This document shows, piece by piece, positions 11,134 through 24,488 of a stretch of DNA of 64,000 nt. The notes below the pieces were generated by a model. The model searched no databases, was not told where the DNA came from, and saw only the letters and a list, made by a program, of their open reading frames with translations. This DNA is from an uncultured delta proteobacterium. GTDB lineage: Bacteria; Myxococcota_A; UBA9160; SMWR01. The stretch covers positions 1 to 64,000 of the forward strand of contig CAWHTE010000008.1 in assembly GCA_963832165.1 (NCBI GenBank), given 5' to 3'. The first letter of the stretch is position 1; the number at the start of each line of letters is the position of its first letter. The translations under genes and the position numbers were made by a program.

Positions 11134-11898
11134 TCAGGCGCCGCGAAAGACCGGCTCGCGGCGCTCCAGGAACGAGTCCACGCCTTCGCGGTGATCGGAG
11201 GTCTGGAACAGCTCGCCCAGGCTCTCGCTCACCCATGCGCCGAGCGACTGCCAGTCGGGATCGAGCGCTCGGCGCAGGCCACGCTTGATCCGCTGCACCG
11301 CGAGCGGCGGGTTGCTCGCGATCGCGCGCGCTAGCTCGAGCGCGCTCGGCAGCAACTCTTCGTGGGGCACGACGCGCGACACGAGCCCGATCTGCTCCGC
11401 TTCGCGAGCATCGATGATCCGTCCTGTGAACAGGAGCTCGGCCGCGCGCTCGCGGCCGACCAGCTGTGCGAGGCGCCCGAGTCCCGGCACATCGCAGCAG
11501 ATGCCGCGCTTCACGAACAGCTCGCCGAAACGCGCGCGATCCGACGCGACCCGGATGTCCGCCATCAGCGCGAGCTCCATGCCCCACCCCACGGCCGCGC
11601 CGTTCACGGCCGCGATCACGGGGACGTCCGTGTGGAGCAGCGCGTCCGCGGCGGGTGTCAACCGAAATACCGCTGTGCCTGTAGGGCGTTGGCCCGTCTG
11701 GGACAGAATCTGCTTGACGTCGTCGCCCGAGCAGAACGCCGGATCGGCGCCCGTGATCACGAGACAGCGCGCCGCGGACGTCCGCACCGCGTGCTCGAGC
11801 GCGTAGGTGGTGCGCGTGAGTGCGTTGCGCGCCTCGGGCCGCTGCAGCGTGATCAGCCCGACTCCGCGCTCCTCCTCGTAGCTCAGCTCTGTCGGCAC
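11134..11898 (-). CDS. Enoyl-CoA hydratase/isomerase family protein
   Basis: AFCSGDD, PVIAAVNGAAVGWGMELALMADIRVAS, DHREGVDSFLERREPVF. Confidence 0.9.
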   Translation of the reverse strand: MPTELSYEEERGVGLITLQRPEARNALTRTTYALEHAVRTSAARCLVITGADPAFCSGDDVKQILSQTGQRPTGTAVFRLTPAADALLHTDVPVIAAVNGAAVGWGMELALMADIRVASDRARFGELFVKRGICCDVPGLGRLAQLVGRERAAELLFTGRIIDAREAEQIGLVSRVVPHEELLPSALELARAIASNPPLAVQRIKRGLRRALDPDWQSLGAWVSESLGELFQTSDHREGVDSFLERREPVFRGA

Positions 11899-11957
11899 GG
11901 CGGCTCCTCCTCGGAGTCGACGCTACGGCTCCGCCGCATCGTCGTCGACCGACTCGC

Positions 11958-13064
11958 TCATACGTACGGCGGCCGCAGCCGGAGCTCTCGGTGCCTCGCG
12001 ACGAAGAGCTCCACGAGGCGGGCGCTGGATGCACTGTCGAACTCGAACGCCACCCCACAGCCCGCGACGCGCCCCCAGCCCGGCTCCTGAACGCGCACCA
12101 CACGTGCGTGCGTGGGGACCGGATGTCCGTCGAGCCGCAACCACATCATGAGGTGCGTACCCACGGCGAACGGGACCGCCGTCCCGAGCAGTGCCCCGCC
12201 GGCCGAGAGGTTCAGCACCGGGCAGAGGAGCTGGGGCTCACCGCTCTTCGGGTCGGCGATCAAGGCGTCCGCGAGCGGACGCATCTGGGCGCGCACGGGC
12301 GCGGGCGAGAATCCCTCGCCCGAGCTCACCAACACCCGGGCGAGCTCGCGGTACGAGAACGGCTTCGACAAGTAGCCGATCGCGCCCAGCAGCGAGACGC
12401 GCGTCTCCTCCTCCTGGGAAGGTTGACTCGTCACGATCACGAACGCGGGCTTCGAAACCGACGCGCTGCGCTCCTCGAGCCACGGCAGCGCTTCATCCAT
12501 CGTCGCGTCGAGCACGACCAGCGACAACCTGCCGTCGTCGTGACCGCGCGCTTCGTCGACCGATCCCACGGCCGTGCTCACGCGGCAATGCGCCCGCAGC
12601 GAACGCGAGAGCAGCTGACGACCCACGCTCGAGCGGTCCACGATCAGCACGCGCTCGAACAGGCGGTTCGTCGGCCCCCGGCCGATCGCGCGCGCGAGCA
12701 GCTCGACGCTGTGGAGCAGCACGGGCAGCGCGCCCTGCTGGTTCTTGCCGATGTACTCGACCGCTCCCGCGGCGAACCCCGCCTCGCGATCGATCGGCGC
12801 GTCGTTGGCCGACACGATGATCACGGGGATGCGCGCCATGTCGGGATGGGCGCGGACGAGCCGAGTCAGCTCGAGGCCGTCCGTGTTCGGCATCTGACGA
12901 TCGGAAACCACGACGTCGAAGTCCTCCTGCTGAAGTCTCCTCCACGCCTCGGAGCCGTCCTCGGCATCGTGCACGTCGAATCCTGCGCCCGCGAGCGCTC
13001 TGCCGAAGCGAATGCGGTCGTCTACCGAGTCGTCCACCAACAGCACGCTTACCGCGTGAGCCAT
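11958..13064 (-). CDS. Response regulator: REC + atypical REC + C-terminal PilZ domain
   Basis: VLLVDDS..VVSDRQMPNTDG..YIGK; second REC VLIVDRS..YLSKPF; PilZ-like NLSAGGALL..ARVVRV..GVAF. ATG at 13064 follows GAGGAG. Confidence 0.82.
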   Translation of the reverse strand: MAHAVSVLLVDDSVDDRIRFGRALAGAGFDVHDAEDGSEAWRRLQQEDFDVVVSDRQMPNTDGLELTRLVRAHPDMARIPVIIVSANDAPIDREAGFAAGAVEYIGKNQQGALPVLLHSVELLARAIGRGPTNRLFERVLIVDRSSVGRQLLSRSLRAHCRVSTAVGSVDEARGHDDGRLSLVVLDATMDEALPWLEERSASVSKPAFVIVTSQPSQEEETRVSLLGAIGYLSKPFSYRELARVLVSSGEGFSPAPVRAQMRPLADALIADPKSGEPQLLCPVLNLSAGGALLGTAVPFAVGTHLMMWLRLDGHPVPTHARVVRVQEPGWGRVAGCGVAFEFDSASSARLVELFVARHRELRLRPPYV

Positions 13065-13238
13065 CTCGATCTCCTCGTGATTCGGATGCTCGAAGCACCC
13101 TTCTACGTAAGTACCGAACGGCGTTAGGCCGCACCGCATGAATCGACGTGAATAGGAGCTGCGGTAGATAGGCGCGCGAAAGCGGCAACTCGATCGGACG
13201 TTCGCGCTCGAGCCCGCGAACGCGAGAGAGCGCGCGAC

Positions 13239-14168
13239 TCAGCGCGTGCTGTTGCCGGTTCCCGATCCGGTGACGCGGTCGACGCTGTCGACGAGGCGCC
13301 TGCCCGATTCTGCCTTGCTCTTGCACACGAAGTCGTTTGCACCGGCCGCGAGCGCCGCCGCGCGCTCCTTCGGATCGCCCAGCACGGTGTTCAGGATCAC
13401 GGGCAGGTCGCACAAGTCGCGGCTCGCGCGCACGCGGCGCAAGAGCTCGAATCCGTCGAGCTCCGGCATCACGGCGTCCGAGACGAGCACGTCGAAGATG
13501 CGCTGCTGGAGCAGCTCCCACGCCTCCGCCCCGTCTTCGGCGAGCCGGACCTCGTATCCGGCGGCCGACAGCAGGTGCTTGGACAGCGCGCGCGACGCGC
13601 TCGAGTCGTCGGCCACGAGAATCTTGAGGACCTGCATCTCCGGTTCCTCGTGATCGCCGCCGAGCGTGATCCGCATCGCCTCTTCCAGGTACTCGCGCCG
13701 CTGCTCGTGGCTGCGCAGCCGGTACTCGGCCGTGAGCAACGCCAGGCGCGGCAGGCTGCCGCGGTTCATCTCGATGTAGGTGCGCCAGCTGACGATCTCG
13801 TCGTCGAGCTCGGCAACGCCGCGCGACAGCCAATCGAGCCCGGCACCGTCACGGCGCGGCGCGAGCACCAGCTTCAGCGCGATCAGGTCCGTCTCCGACG
13901 GCAGAGAGACCTCGGGAGCGAGCCGCATCCAGTCCTCGAACTCGGCCACCCCCTTCTCGGTGACGTCGTAGATCCTCCGCATGCGCGTGTCCGCGAGCTC
14001 GCTGTGCGAGCTGACCAGGCCCTGCTCCTCCAGGTCCCGGAGCACCGGGTAGACGTTGACGTTGCTGAGCGGGTAGAAATGGCGAAACGCGCTGAGCTTC
14101 TGGCGCAGCTCGTAGCCGTGCGCGGGGCCCTCCATCAACAGGCGCAACAGCGTGTGCGGAACCGACAT
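13239..14168 (-). CDS. PadR-family regulator fused to a C-terminal receiver domain
   Basis: LLMEGPAHGYEL..VYPVLRDLEEQGLV..RRIYDVTEKG (PadR), then ILVADDS..LVSDAVMPELDGFELL..DFVCK (REC). Confidence 0.85.
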   Translation of the reverse strand: MSVPHTLLRLLMEGPAHGYELRQKLSAFRHFYPLSNVNVYPVLRDLEEQGLVSSHSELADTRMRRIYDVTEKGVAEFEDWMRLAPEVSLPSETDLIALKLVLAPRRDGAGLDWLSRGVAELDDEIVSWRTYIEMNRGSLPRLALLTAEYRLRSHEQRREYLEEAMRITLGGDHEEPEMQVLKILVADDSSASRALSKHLLSAAGYEVRLAEDGAEAWELLQQRIFDVLVSDAVMPELDGFELLRRVRASRDLCDLPVILNTVLGDPKERAAALAAGANDFVCKSKAESGRRLVDSVDRVTGSGTGNSTR

Positions 14169-14298
14169 GGTGCAGAAATCCCCAAATGGGCGAGCACAGG
14201 TCGAATAGCGAACCGTGTCCGGCGACGCGAGAGCACGATCGCGATCACTATCGATCCCGATCGATCCACTCGCAGGCAATCGAGGCGCGGAAGCGGCC

Positions 14299-15531
14299 CT
14301 AAGACTCCGCCGCGTCGGCGTCGACCGCCTCGCGCAGCTCATCGAGGAAATCCGGCAGCGCGGAGGTGACGCGGCTCCAGTTCGGGATCTGCGGGACCTC
14401 CATCGGGTCGCGCACGAAATCGAGGCCCGCGGCGCGCAGTGCGAACGAGAACGTCTCGACGGCGAGCTCTTCCTCGTGGCGGTCGAACACGAGGCCGTTG
14501 AGCGCCGCGTCGTCGCTGTAGGAGGCGATCGCATCCTGTGCGGTGCGGCGATAAGCGGCCGTGAGCGTGTTCAGGAAGCCCGCGTCGAACTCCACGCCGT
14601 AGCTCGCGAGATTCCGGATCGCCGACGACGCGATGTCGCGCACCATCCGGTGCAGGCCGCGCGTCGCGTCGAACTGGGACAGGTCCTGGTGGCGGTGGTC
14701 GTAGTTCTCCGTGAGCTCGACCTGACAGACCCGCTTCTGCGAGCAGTTCCGGTACACCTCGACGAGCGTGCCGATCTCGAGCCCCCAGTCGGAGGGAATC
14801 CGGTTGATCCGCGCGAGGTCGGCCGTGATCGAGATCTCGCCCGCGAGCGGGTAGCGGAACGAGTCGAGGTAGTCGAGCAGCGGGTGCTGGCCCAGCACCG
14901 CCTTCATCGCGCGCAAGAGCGGCGTCACGAACAGGCGCGTGACGCGCCCGTAGAGCCGGTCGGCGACGCGGCCGTAGTAGCCCTTCGCGAACTCGTAGTT
15001 CATGTTCGGGTTCGCGGTCGGGTAGACGAGCCGCGCGAGCAGCTCGCGGTCGTAGGTGCGGATGTCGCAGTCGTGCACCGCGATCACGCGCGAGAGATGG
15101 GTCGCGAGCACGTAGCCGAACGCGAGCCAGGTGCTGCGGCCCTTGCCCGGCATGCCGGTCGAGAGCCCCTCCCCTTCGAGCCGGTCGTACAGCGCCTTCA
15201 CGCGCGAACCACTGTTCCAGAGCAGCACGGGCGGGGAGCCATCCACGGTGCGCACGCCGTCGAACAGCGTGCGCATGTCCTCGTACTCGGTGCGCTCTTC
15301 GTCTGCGCCCGAGATCGAGACGACGATCTGGCGCAGGTAGGAGACCCCGCGCAGCGTGTCGACGATCCCCTTCAGGCCCGGGCCGTGCAGCTCCGCGTGC
15401 AGGCACGGCAGCACGAGCGAGATCGGACGCGTCCGGCTGTGGCGCAGCAGGTCGGCTTCGAGGCGGCGCCAGTCGGGGCGGCCGAGGCGATGCAGCGTCG
15501 TGATTGCGCCGCTCTGGTGGAAGTCCGACAC
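14299..15531 (-). CDS. gpgS: Glucosyl-3-phosphoglycerate synthase (GpgS-type glycosyltransferase)
   Basis: SDFHQSGAITTLH, GKGRSTW, HDCDIRTY, FAKGYYGR, GRVTRLFVTPL, YPLAGE, DWGLEIG, YDHRHQ. Confidence 0.85.
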   Translation of the reverse strand: MSDFHQSGAITTLHRLGRPDWRRLEADLLRHSRTRPISLVLPCLHAELHGPGLKGIVDTLRGVSYLRQIVVSISGADEERTEYEDMRTLFDGVRTVDGSPPVLLWNSGSRVKALYDRLEGEGLSTGMPGKGRSTWLAFGYVLATHLSRVIAVHDCDIRTYDRELLARLVYPTANPNMNYEFAKGYYGRVADRLYGRVTRLFVTPLLRAMKAVLGQHPLLDYLDSFRYPLAGEISITADLARINRIPSDWGLEIGTLVEVYRNCSQKRVCQVELTENYDHRHQDLSQFDATRGLHRMVRDIASSAIRNLASYGVEFDAGFLNTLTAAYRRTAQDAIASYSDDAALNGLVFDRHEEELAVETFSFALRAAGLDFVRDPMEVPQIPNWSRVTSALPDFLDELREAVDADAAES

Positions 15532-15608
15532 GGGGGCCACAGCCTCGCAGGGGGGCGCACGCGGGTCAACCGCCGTTTTGGGGACCGGGTCACCCCTGGG
15601 GCGCCGGT

Positions 15609-15977
15609 TCAGGCCGGTTCGGCCTCGCCCCCGAGCTCTTCGAGCATCTGCTTCGCGATCGGATCGATCTCGATGAACTCGATCCCGACGTCGGTCGAGA
15701 TGCCGTCGATGTCCGTGGACCAGATCACGCGGCCCACGGCCACGGCGGTGTGGTCGCCGATGTTGAACGTCAGGCGCAACACCTCGCCGAGGTCGATCTC
15801 GCAGCCGATCGCCTCGAAGCGGATGCCGCCCGAGGACACGTCGCGGCCCACAGCGAGCACGTCGCGCTCGGAGACCGGAGCGAACGAGATCACCTGGTCC
15901 GTCGCGATGCGCCGGTACTTGCGGCGCTCCCTGCCCGCGCTCACCGCGGACCGGCCCAGCTTCCCGAGATCCCTCAT
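15609..15977 (-). CDS. Stand-alone PilZ-domain protein
   Basis: ERRKYRR (RxxxR) and DVSSGG (DxSxxG) c-di-GMP motifs; GIEF. The start may be further upstream (16025). Confidence 0.85.
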   Translation of the reverse strand: MRDLGKLGRSAVSAGRERRKYRRIATDQVISFAPVSERDVLAVGRDVSSGGIRFEAIGCEIDLGEVLRLTFNIGDHTAVAVGRVIWSTDIDGISTDVGIEFIEIDPIAKQMLEELGGEAEPA

Positions 15978-16058
15978 CGGATGCCCCGTGTGCGGGTCGA
16001 TGACCCCAGGGCCCGTTTCGGCCAAAGCGGCGCGGCGCTTTAGCTGGATCGCAGGAAT

Positions 16059-17126
16059 TCAGTCTGGTGGGAAAAGATCGAGCTGGCGGTCGCTCTCGCC
16101 CGCGGGCGCGAGCCGCGAGAGCTGGATCCCGAGACCCCGGGCGGGACGCGCCCCCGCCTGCGTGCGCCCGAGCAGCCGGCGCGCGGCGTCCCAGAGCTCG
16201 GACGCCGCGGCGGTCGGGCGCGGCAACGTGGCGCTGCGCGTGGTCGTGCTCTGGTCGGCGTAGCGGATCTTCACGGCAATGCGGCTCGCGGCGAGCCCCA
16301 TCCGCGCGAGCTCCTCCTCGAGCTGCTGCGCGAGGCCCGCGAGCTGCTCGCCGAACACGGCGACGTCGAGCGGCTCGCCCGGCAGCGTCGACTCGCGCGA
16401 CAGGCTCTTCGGGTGGCGCGCTGCGCGCACGGGCTCGGCGTCGGTGCCGCTCGCACACGCGAAGATGCGCAGCCCGTGCGGGCCGAATTCGGTCTGCAGC
16501 CGCTCGCGGCCGAGCCGCACGACGTCGGCGATCGTGTGGCCGCCCATCTCCGCGAGCGCCGCGGCCGTCTTGCGGCCGACGCCGTCGAGCCGCGACGCCG
16601 GCAGCGGCGCGAGGAACGCCGCTTCGCCGCCGGGCGCCACGCGCACGAAGCCGCGCTCGTCCGCCACCTCCTCGGCCGCGATGCGCGCGAGAAACTTCCC
16701 CGCGCCGATCCCGACGCGCAGCGGGAGCCCGAGCGCGCCGTCGACCGCCTCGAGCAGCTGGCGCGCCTGTGCCTCGGCGTCGTCGGCACCCGAGCTCACC
16801 TCCGCATAACAGGCCGCGAGCCCGAACACCTCGAGCTGCGGCGAGGTAGCGCGCAGCACCGCGAACAGCCGCCGCGACACCTCGCGGTAGCGCGCCATGT
16901 CGGTCCGCACCGCGCGCGCGGTCGGGCACTGGCGCAGCGCCTCGAGAACGGACATCTCGAGCGTCACTCCCAGCGCGAGTGCGTCCGCGGTGGCGGCCTG
17001 CACGCGCCCGCGCTTGCGCGGATCGCCGCCCACGATCACGGGCCGCGCGACGAGCGAAGGATCGTCCGCGCGCGCAACCGCAGCATAGAAAGCGGGGACC
17101 TCCGCGAACAGCACGCAGCGCGACAC
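16059..17126 (-). CDS. Y-family DNA polymerase (DinB/ImuB-like) with degenerate catalytic motifs
   Basis: PAFYAAV, PVIVGG, ALRQCP, GIGAGKFLARIA, GVGRKT, KSLSRESTL, VKIRYAD, C-terminal QLDLF; the catalytic SxDE motif reads GLAA. Confidence 0.85.
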   Translation of the reverse strand: MSRCVLFAEVPAFYAAVARADDPSLVARPVIVGGDPRKRGRVQAATADALALGVTLEMSVLEALRQCPTARAVRTDMARYREVSRRLFAVLRATSPQLEVFGLAACYAEVSSGADDAEAQARQLLEAVDGALGLPLRVGIGAGKFLARIAAEEVADERGFVRVAPGGEAAFLAPLPASRLDGVGRKTAAALAEMGGHTIADVVRLGRERLQTEFGPHGLRIFACASGTDAEPVRAARHPKSLSRESTLPGEPLDVAVFGEQLAGLAQQLEEELARMGLAASRIAVKIRYADQSTTTRSATLPRPTAAASELWDAARRLLGRTQAGARPARGLGIQLSRLAPAGESDRQLDLFPPD

Positions 17127-17132
17127 GGGGGG

Positions 17133-20685
<3,553 letters not shown>

Positions 20686-20713
20686 CCGCGGCAGCGGAAA
20701 TCTCGAGCCATCC

Positions 20714-21893
20714 ATGGTGACCGGTCTCGACGCGCTGATCGCCCGAGGCGTGCGGGGAAAGCGCGTACTCGTGCGCGCCGATCTCAACGTCCCGTTGCGC
20801 GACGGCGCGATCACCGACGACACGCGTGTGCGCGCATCGCTGCCGACGCTCGAGCGCCTGCTGCGAGCGGGTGCGCGCGTGCTCGTGGCCTCGCACCTCG
20901 GCCGGCCCAAGGGCAAACCCAAGCCCGAGTACTCGCTGCGGCCCGTGGCGCCGCGGCTCGCCCAGCTGCTCGGCACCGGCGTGTCGTTCTGCACCGACTG
21001 CATCGGTCCCGTCGCCACGCGCGCCGTCTCCGAGCTCGCGCCGGGACGATTGATGCTGCTCGAGAACCTGCGCTTCCACGCCGGCGAGGAGGCCAACGAT
21101 CCCGATTTCGCCAAGGCGCTCGCCCAGCTCGCCGACTGCTATGTCAACGACGCATTCGGCACCGCGCACCGCGCGCATGCCTCCACGGCGGGAATCACGC
21201 GCCACGTGGACAGCGTCGCAGCGGGAGATCTCCTGCAGAGCGAGCTCGATCACCTGCGGGTCGTGCGCGAGCCCGAGCGCCCGCTGCTGGTGATCCTCGG
21301 CGGGGCGAAGGTGTCGGACAAGCTCGCGGTACTCGAGGCGCTGGCGCCGCACGCCGACGCGCTCGCGATCGGCGGTGCGATGGCCTACACGTTCCTCGCC
21401 GCACGCGGCGAGCGCGTGGGCGCGTCGCTGGTCGAGCCCGATCGCATCGAAGACGCGCGGCGCGTCGCACAGGCGGCCGAGAAGAGCGGCCGCACGCTGC
21501 TCCTGCCCACCGATCACGTCGTCGCCGAGAAGATCTCCGCCGACGCCGCCGCGCGAGTGGTGCGCGCGATTCCGGATGGCGGCCATGGGCGTCGACATCG
21601 GCCCCGAAACGGCTGCGCGTTATGCAGCCGAGATCGCGCGCTCGCGCACGCTGTTCTGGAACGGGCCGATGGGCGTGTTCGAGATCCCCGCGTTCGCGGA
21701 GGGCACCGCGGCCGTCGCACGTGCGGTGGCCGGAAGCGATGCGACGAGCGTGGTCGGCGGGGGCGATTCGCTCGCGGCGATCAATCAGCTCGGACTCGGC
21801 GATCGCATCACCCACCTTTCGACCGGCGGCGGCGCCTCGCTCGAGTACGTTCAGGGACTCGAACTGCCCGGCGTCGCGGCATTGGAGCGTTGA
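20714..21893 (+). CDS. pgk: Phosphoglycerate kinase, frameshifted near 21580
   Basis: [37 protein letters not shown] in one frame; [30 protein letters not shown] in the next frame. Confidence 0.93.
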
Positions 21894-22649
21894 GTGCGCA
21901 GACCGATTCTCGTCGGCAACTGGAAGATGCACATGACCGCGGCCGAAGCGGTCGCATTCGCCGAGGCGTTCGTGCCCCGCGTGGGCCGCGTCGGCGACGT
22001 CGACATCGCGATCGCGCCGCCATTCACGGCGCTCGAGCGCCTCGCGCACGCTCTGTCGGGCTCGAACGTCGAGCTCGCGGCGCAGAACGTGAACCCGGAG
22101 CCGAAGGGCGCGTTCACGGGAGAGATCGCGCCGGGGATGCTCGCAGAGCTCGGCTGCCGCTACGTGATCGTCGGGCACAGCGAACGGCGCACGTACTACG
22201 GCGAGAGCGACGCGTACGTGGCGAACAAGACCAGCGCGCTGTTCGGCGCCGGGATCACGCCGATCGTGTGCGTGGGCGAGTCGCTCGAGGAGCGCGAGGC
22301 CGGTCGCACGATCGACGTGGTGGGCGCGCAGATCGAGGGCAGCCTCGCGCTCGTGCCCGATGCGCGCGCCGCGGAGCTCGTGGTCGCCTACGAGCCGATC
22401 TGGGCGATCGGCACCGGCCGCACGGCCACCCCGGAGACCGCCCAGCAGGTGCACGCGTTCGTGCGCGACCGGCTGCGCGTGCGCTTCGGCGCCGCGGCCG
22501 ACCAGATCCGGATCCAGTACGGCGGCTCGGTGAAGCCCGACAACATCGACGACCTGATGGCGCAGCCCGACATCGACGGCGCACTGGTCGGCGGCGCGAG
22601 CCTCGATCCCGAGTCATTCTCCCGAATCGCCCTGTTCCAGAAGAAGTGA
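21894..22649 (+). CDS. tpiA: Triosephosphate isomerase
   Basis: GNWKMH, GAFTGEI, GHSERR, AYEPIWAIGTG, YGGSVKP, LVGGASL. Confidence 0.98.
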   Translation: MRRPILVGNWKMHMTAAEAVAFAEAFVPRVGRVGDVDIAIAPPFTALERLAHALSGSNVELAAQNVNPEPKGAFTGEIAPGMLAELGCRYVIVGHSERRTYYGESDAYVANKTSALFGAGITPIVCVGESLEEREAGRTIDVVGAQIEGSLALVPDARAAELVVAYEPIWAIGTGRTATPETAQQVHAFVRDRLRVRFGAAADQIRIQYGGSVKPDNIDDLMAQPDIDGALVGGASLDPESFSRIALFQKK

Positions 22650-22656
22650 GAGCACC

Positions 22657-23039
22657 ATGAACGTCGTCATCACCGTTCTGCACGTGATCGTGTGCCTGTT
22701 CCTGATCGCAGTCGTGCTGCTCCAGCGCGGCAAGGGCGCGCAGGTGGGCGCGGTGTTCGGGGGTGGCGGCGGCGCCACGATGTTCGGCGGGCGCGGTGCC
22801 GGGAACTTCCTCACCAAGCTCACGACCGGCGCTGCGGTCGTGTTCATGCTCACGAGCCTCACGCTGGCCTACATGCGCATGAACCGCGGCGAGCGGCTGT
22901 TCGAGGGCGGCGAGTTCGAAGAGGAGCAGGCGGCACCGGAGGGCGAGCTGTTCGAAGAGAGCTCGGCCAGGTTCCCGCCGAGGCGCCGAAGGCCGCCGAG
23001 CCGGCCGGCGAGGCGCCCGCACCCGAGCCCACGCCCTGA
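22657..23039 (+). CDS. secG: Preprotein translocase subunit SecG, probable frameshift in the acidic tail near 22965
   Basis: VLLQRGKGAQVGAVFGGG..FGGRGAGNFLTKLT. The uncorrected frame runs into the tRNA; the alternative frame gives VPAEAPKAAEPAGEAPAPEPTP-stop at 23039. Confidence 0.88.
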
Positions 23040-23112
23040 AGAATCTGAGCGCGAGCGCGCGGACTTCGATGGATCCGCGCGGACCGTTCGGTATTCTGGG
23101 CGCCCGCGAGTT

Positions 23113-23199
23113 GCGGCAGTGGCGGAACTGGTAGACGCACCAGCTTGAGGGGCTGGCAGGGGCAACCCTGTGGAGGTTCGAATCCTCTCTGCCGCACCA
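23113..23199 (+). tRNA. tRNA-Leu(GAG)
   Basis: 87-nt cloverleaf GCGGCAG...CTGCCGC-A-CCA; anticodon arm CCAGC-TTGAGGG-GCTGG; usual position after secG. Confidence 0.97.
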
Positions 23200-23249
23200 C
23201 TCGCGTTCGTTTCCCGCCCCCAGTGGCGGCGTCGATGGAGAATCCAGCC

Positions 23250-24269
23250 ATGGCAAAGAATCAACTCGAACAGGTCGCTCGCGCGTTGGTCGCTCCGGGC
23301 AAGGGCATCCTCGCCGCGGACGAGAGCTCGGGCACGATCGAGAAGCGGCTGAAGTCGGTCCAGACCCCCTCCACCGAGGACAATCGCCGCGCCTACCGCG
23401 AGATGCTGTTCCGCACCGAGGGTGCCGAGCAGTTCGTCTCCGGCGTGATCCTCTACGACGAGACGATCCGCCAGAAGGCCGCCGACGGCACCCCGCTCGT
23501 GAAGGTGCTCTCGGACAAGGGGATCCTGCCCGGAATCAAGGTGGACACGGGCACGGTGGCGCTGCCGGGCTCGCCCAAGGAGAAGCTCACCGAGGGGCTC
23601 GACAAGCTCGGTGCTCGCCTCGTCGAGTACGGCAAACTCGGTGCGAAGTTCGCCAAGTGGCGCGCCGTGATCACGATCGGCGACGGCATCCCCACCGACT
23701 ACTGCCTGGACACGAACGCGCACGCGCTCGCGCGCTACGCCGCGCTGTGTATCGAGGCCGGCATCGTTCCGATCGTGGAGCCCGAGGTCCTCATGGACGG
23801 GCCGCACACGATCGAGCGCTGCTACTCGGTCACCGAGCGCACGCTGCACAAGGTGTTCAACGAGCTCTTCGATCAGACCGTGCCGCTCGAGCAGATCCTG
23901 CTCAAGCCGAACATGGTTCTCTCGGGCACCGAGTGCTCCACCCAGGCGAACGTGACGCAGGTCGCCGAGGCCACGCTGGACTGCTTCCGGCGCGTGGTGC
24001 CCGCGGCCGTGCCGGGAGTCGTGTTCCTGTCGGGCGGCCAGAGCGACGAGCTCGCCACCGCGCACCTCTCGAAGATGAACGAGCTCGGCGGCGGTCCCTG
24101 GGAGCTCTCGTTCTCGTACGGGCGCGCGCTCCAGGCCCCCGCACTCAAGGCGTGGGGCGGCAAGCCCGAGAACATCGCGGCCGGACAGAAGGCCTACTAC
24201 CACCGCGCGAAGCTCAACAGCGCGGCGCGCTACGGCAAGTACACCGCGGCGATGGAGAAGGCTGCCTAG
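23250..24269 (+). CDS. Fructose-bisphosphate aldolase, class I
   Basis: GKGILAADES, GIKVD, FAKWRAV, VPIVEPEVL, LLKPNMV (Schiff-base Lys), FLSGGQS, FSYGRALQ. Confidence 0.96.
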   Translation: MAKNQLEQVARALVAPGKGILAADESSGTIEKRLKSVQTPSTEDNRRAYREMLFRTEGAEQFVSGVILYDETIRQKAADGTPLVKVLSDKGILPGIKVDTGTVALPGSPKEKLTEGLDKLGARLVEYGKLGAKFAKWRAVITIGDGIPTDYCLDTNAHALARYAALCIEAGIVPIVEPEVLMDGPHTIERCYSVTERTLHKVFNELFDQTVPLEQILLKPNMVLSGTECSTQANVTQVAEATLDCFRRVVPAAVPGVVFLSGGQSDELATAHLSKMNELGGGPWELSFSYGRALQAPALKAWGGKPENIAAGQKAYYHRAKLNSAARYGKYTAAMEKAA

Positions 24270-24303
24270 CTCGTTTTCGAGTGCGACCGGGTGAATCGCT
24301 TCG

Positions 24304-24473
24304 GCGTGAACCTCTCCATGCGCTAGGCCGGGCGGATGATTTGTCGCGCAGGCCCGGGCGCAGGCAAGCGGGCGGCGCGAACGACCCATCGGGCATCAGC
24401 TCGAACGCCGCACGGCGCACGTTCACTGCCGAAGCCGGGGCCGGAGCGACAAACATCCGCCCGGCCCAGGCAA
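24304..24473 (-). repeat. Hairpin repeat element, copy 2 (conserved ends, variable interior)
   Basis: 24304-24335 and 24458-24473 are exact reverse complements of 530-561 and 391-406. The inner arms pair with each other but differ from copy 1. Confidence 0.85.
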
Positions 24474-24488
24474 GAATTCGGCGCTGCT

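Noticed and set aside
20714..22660. Apparent 648-aa Pgk-Tpi fusion
   Set aside because: The extension is out of frame with tpiA and Arg-rich; it results from the pgk frameshift.
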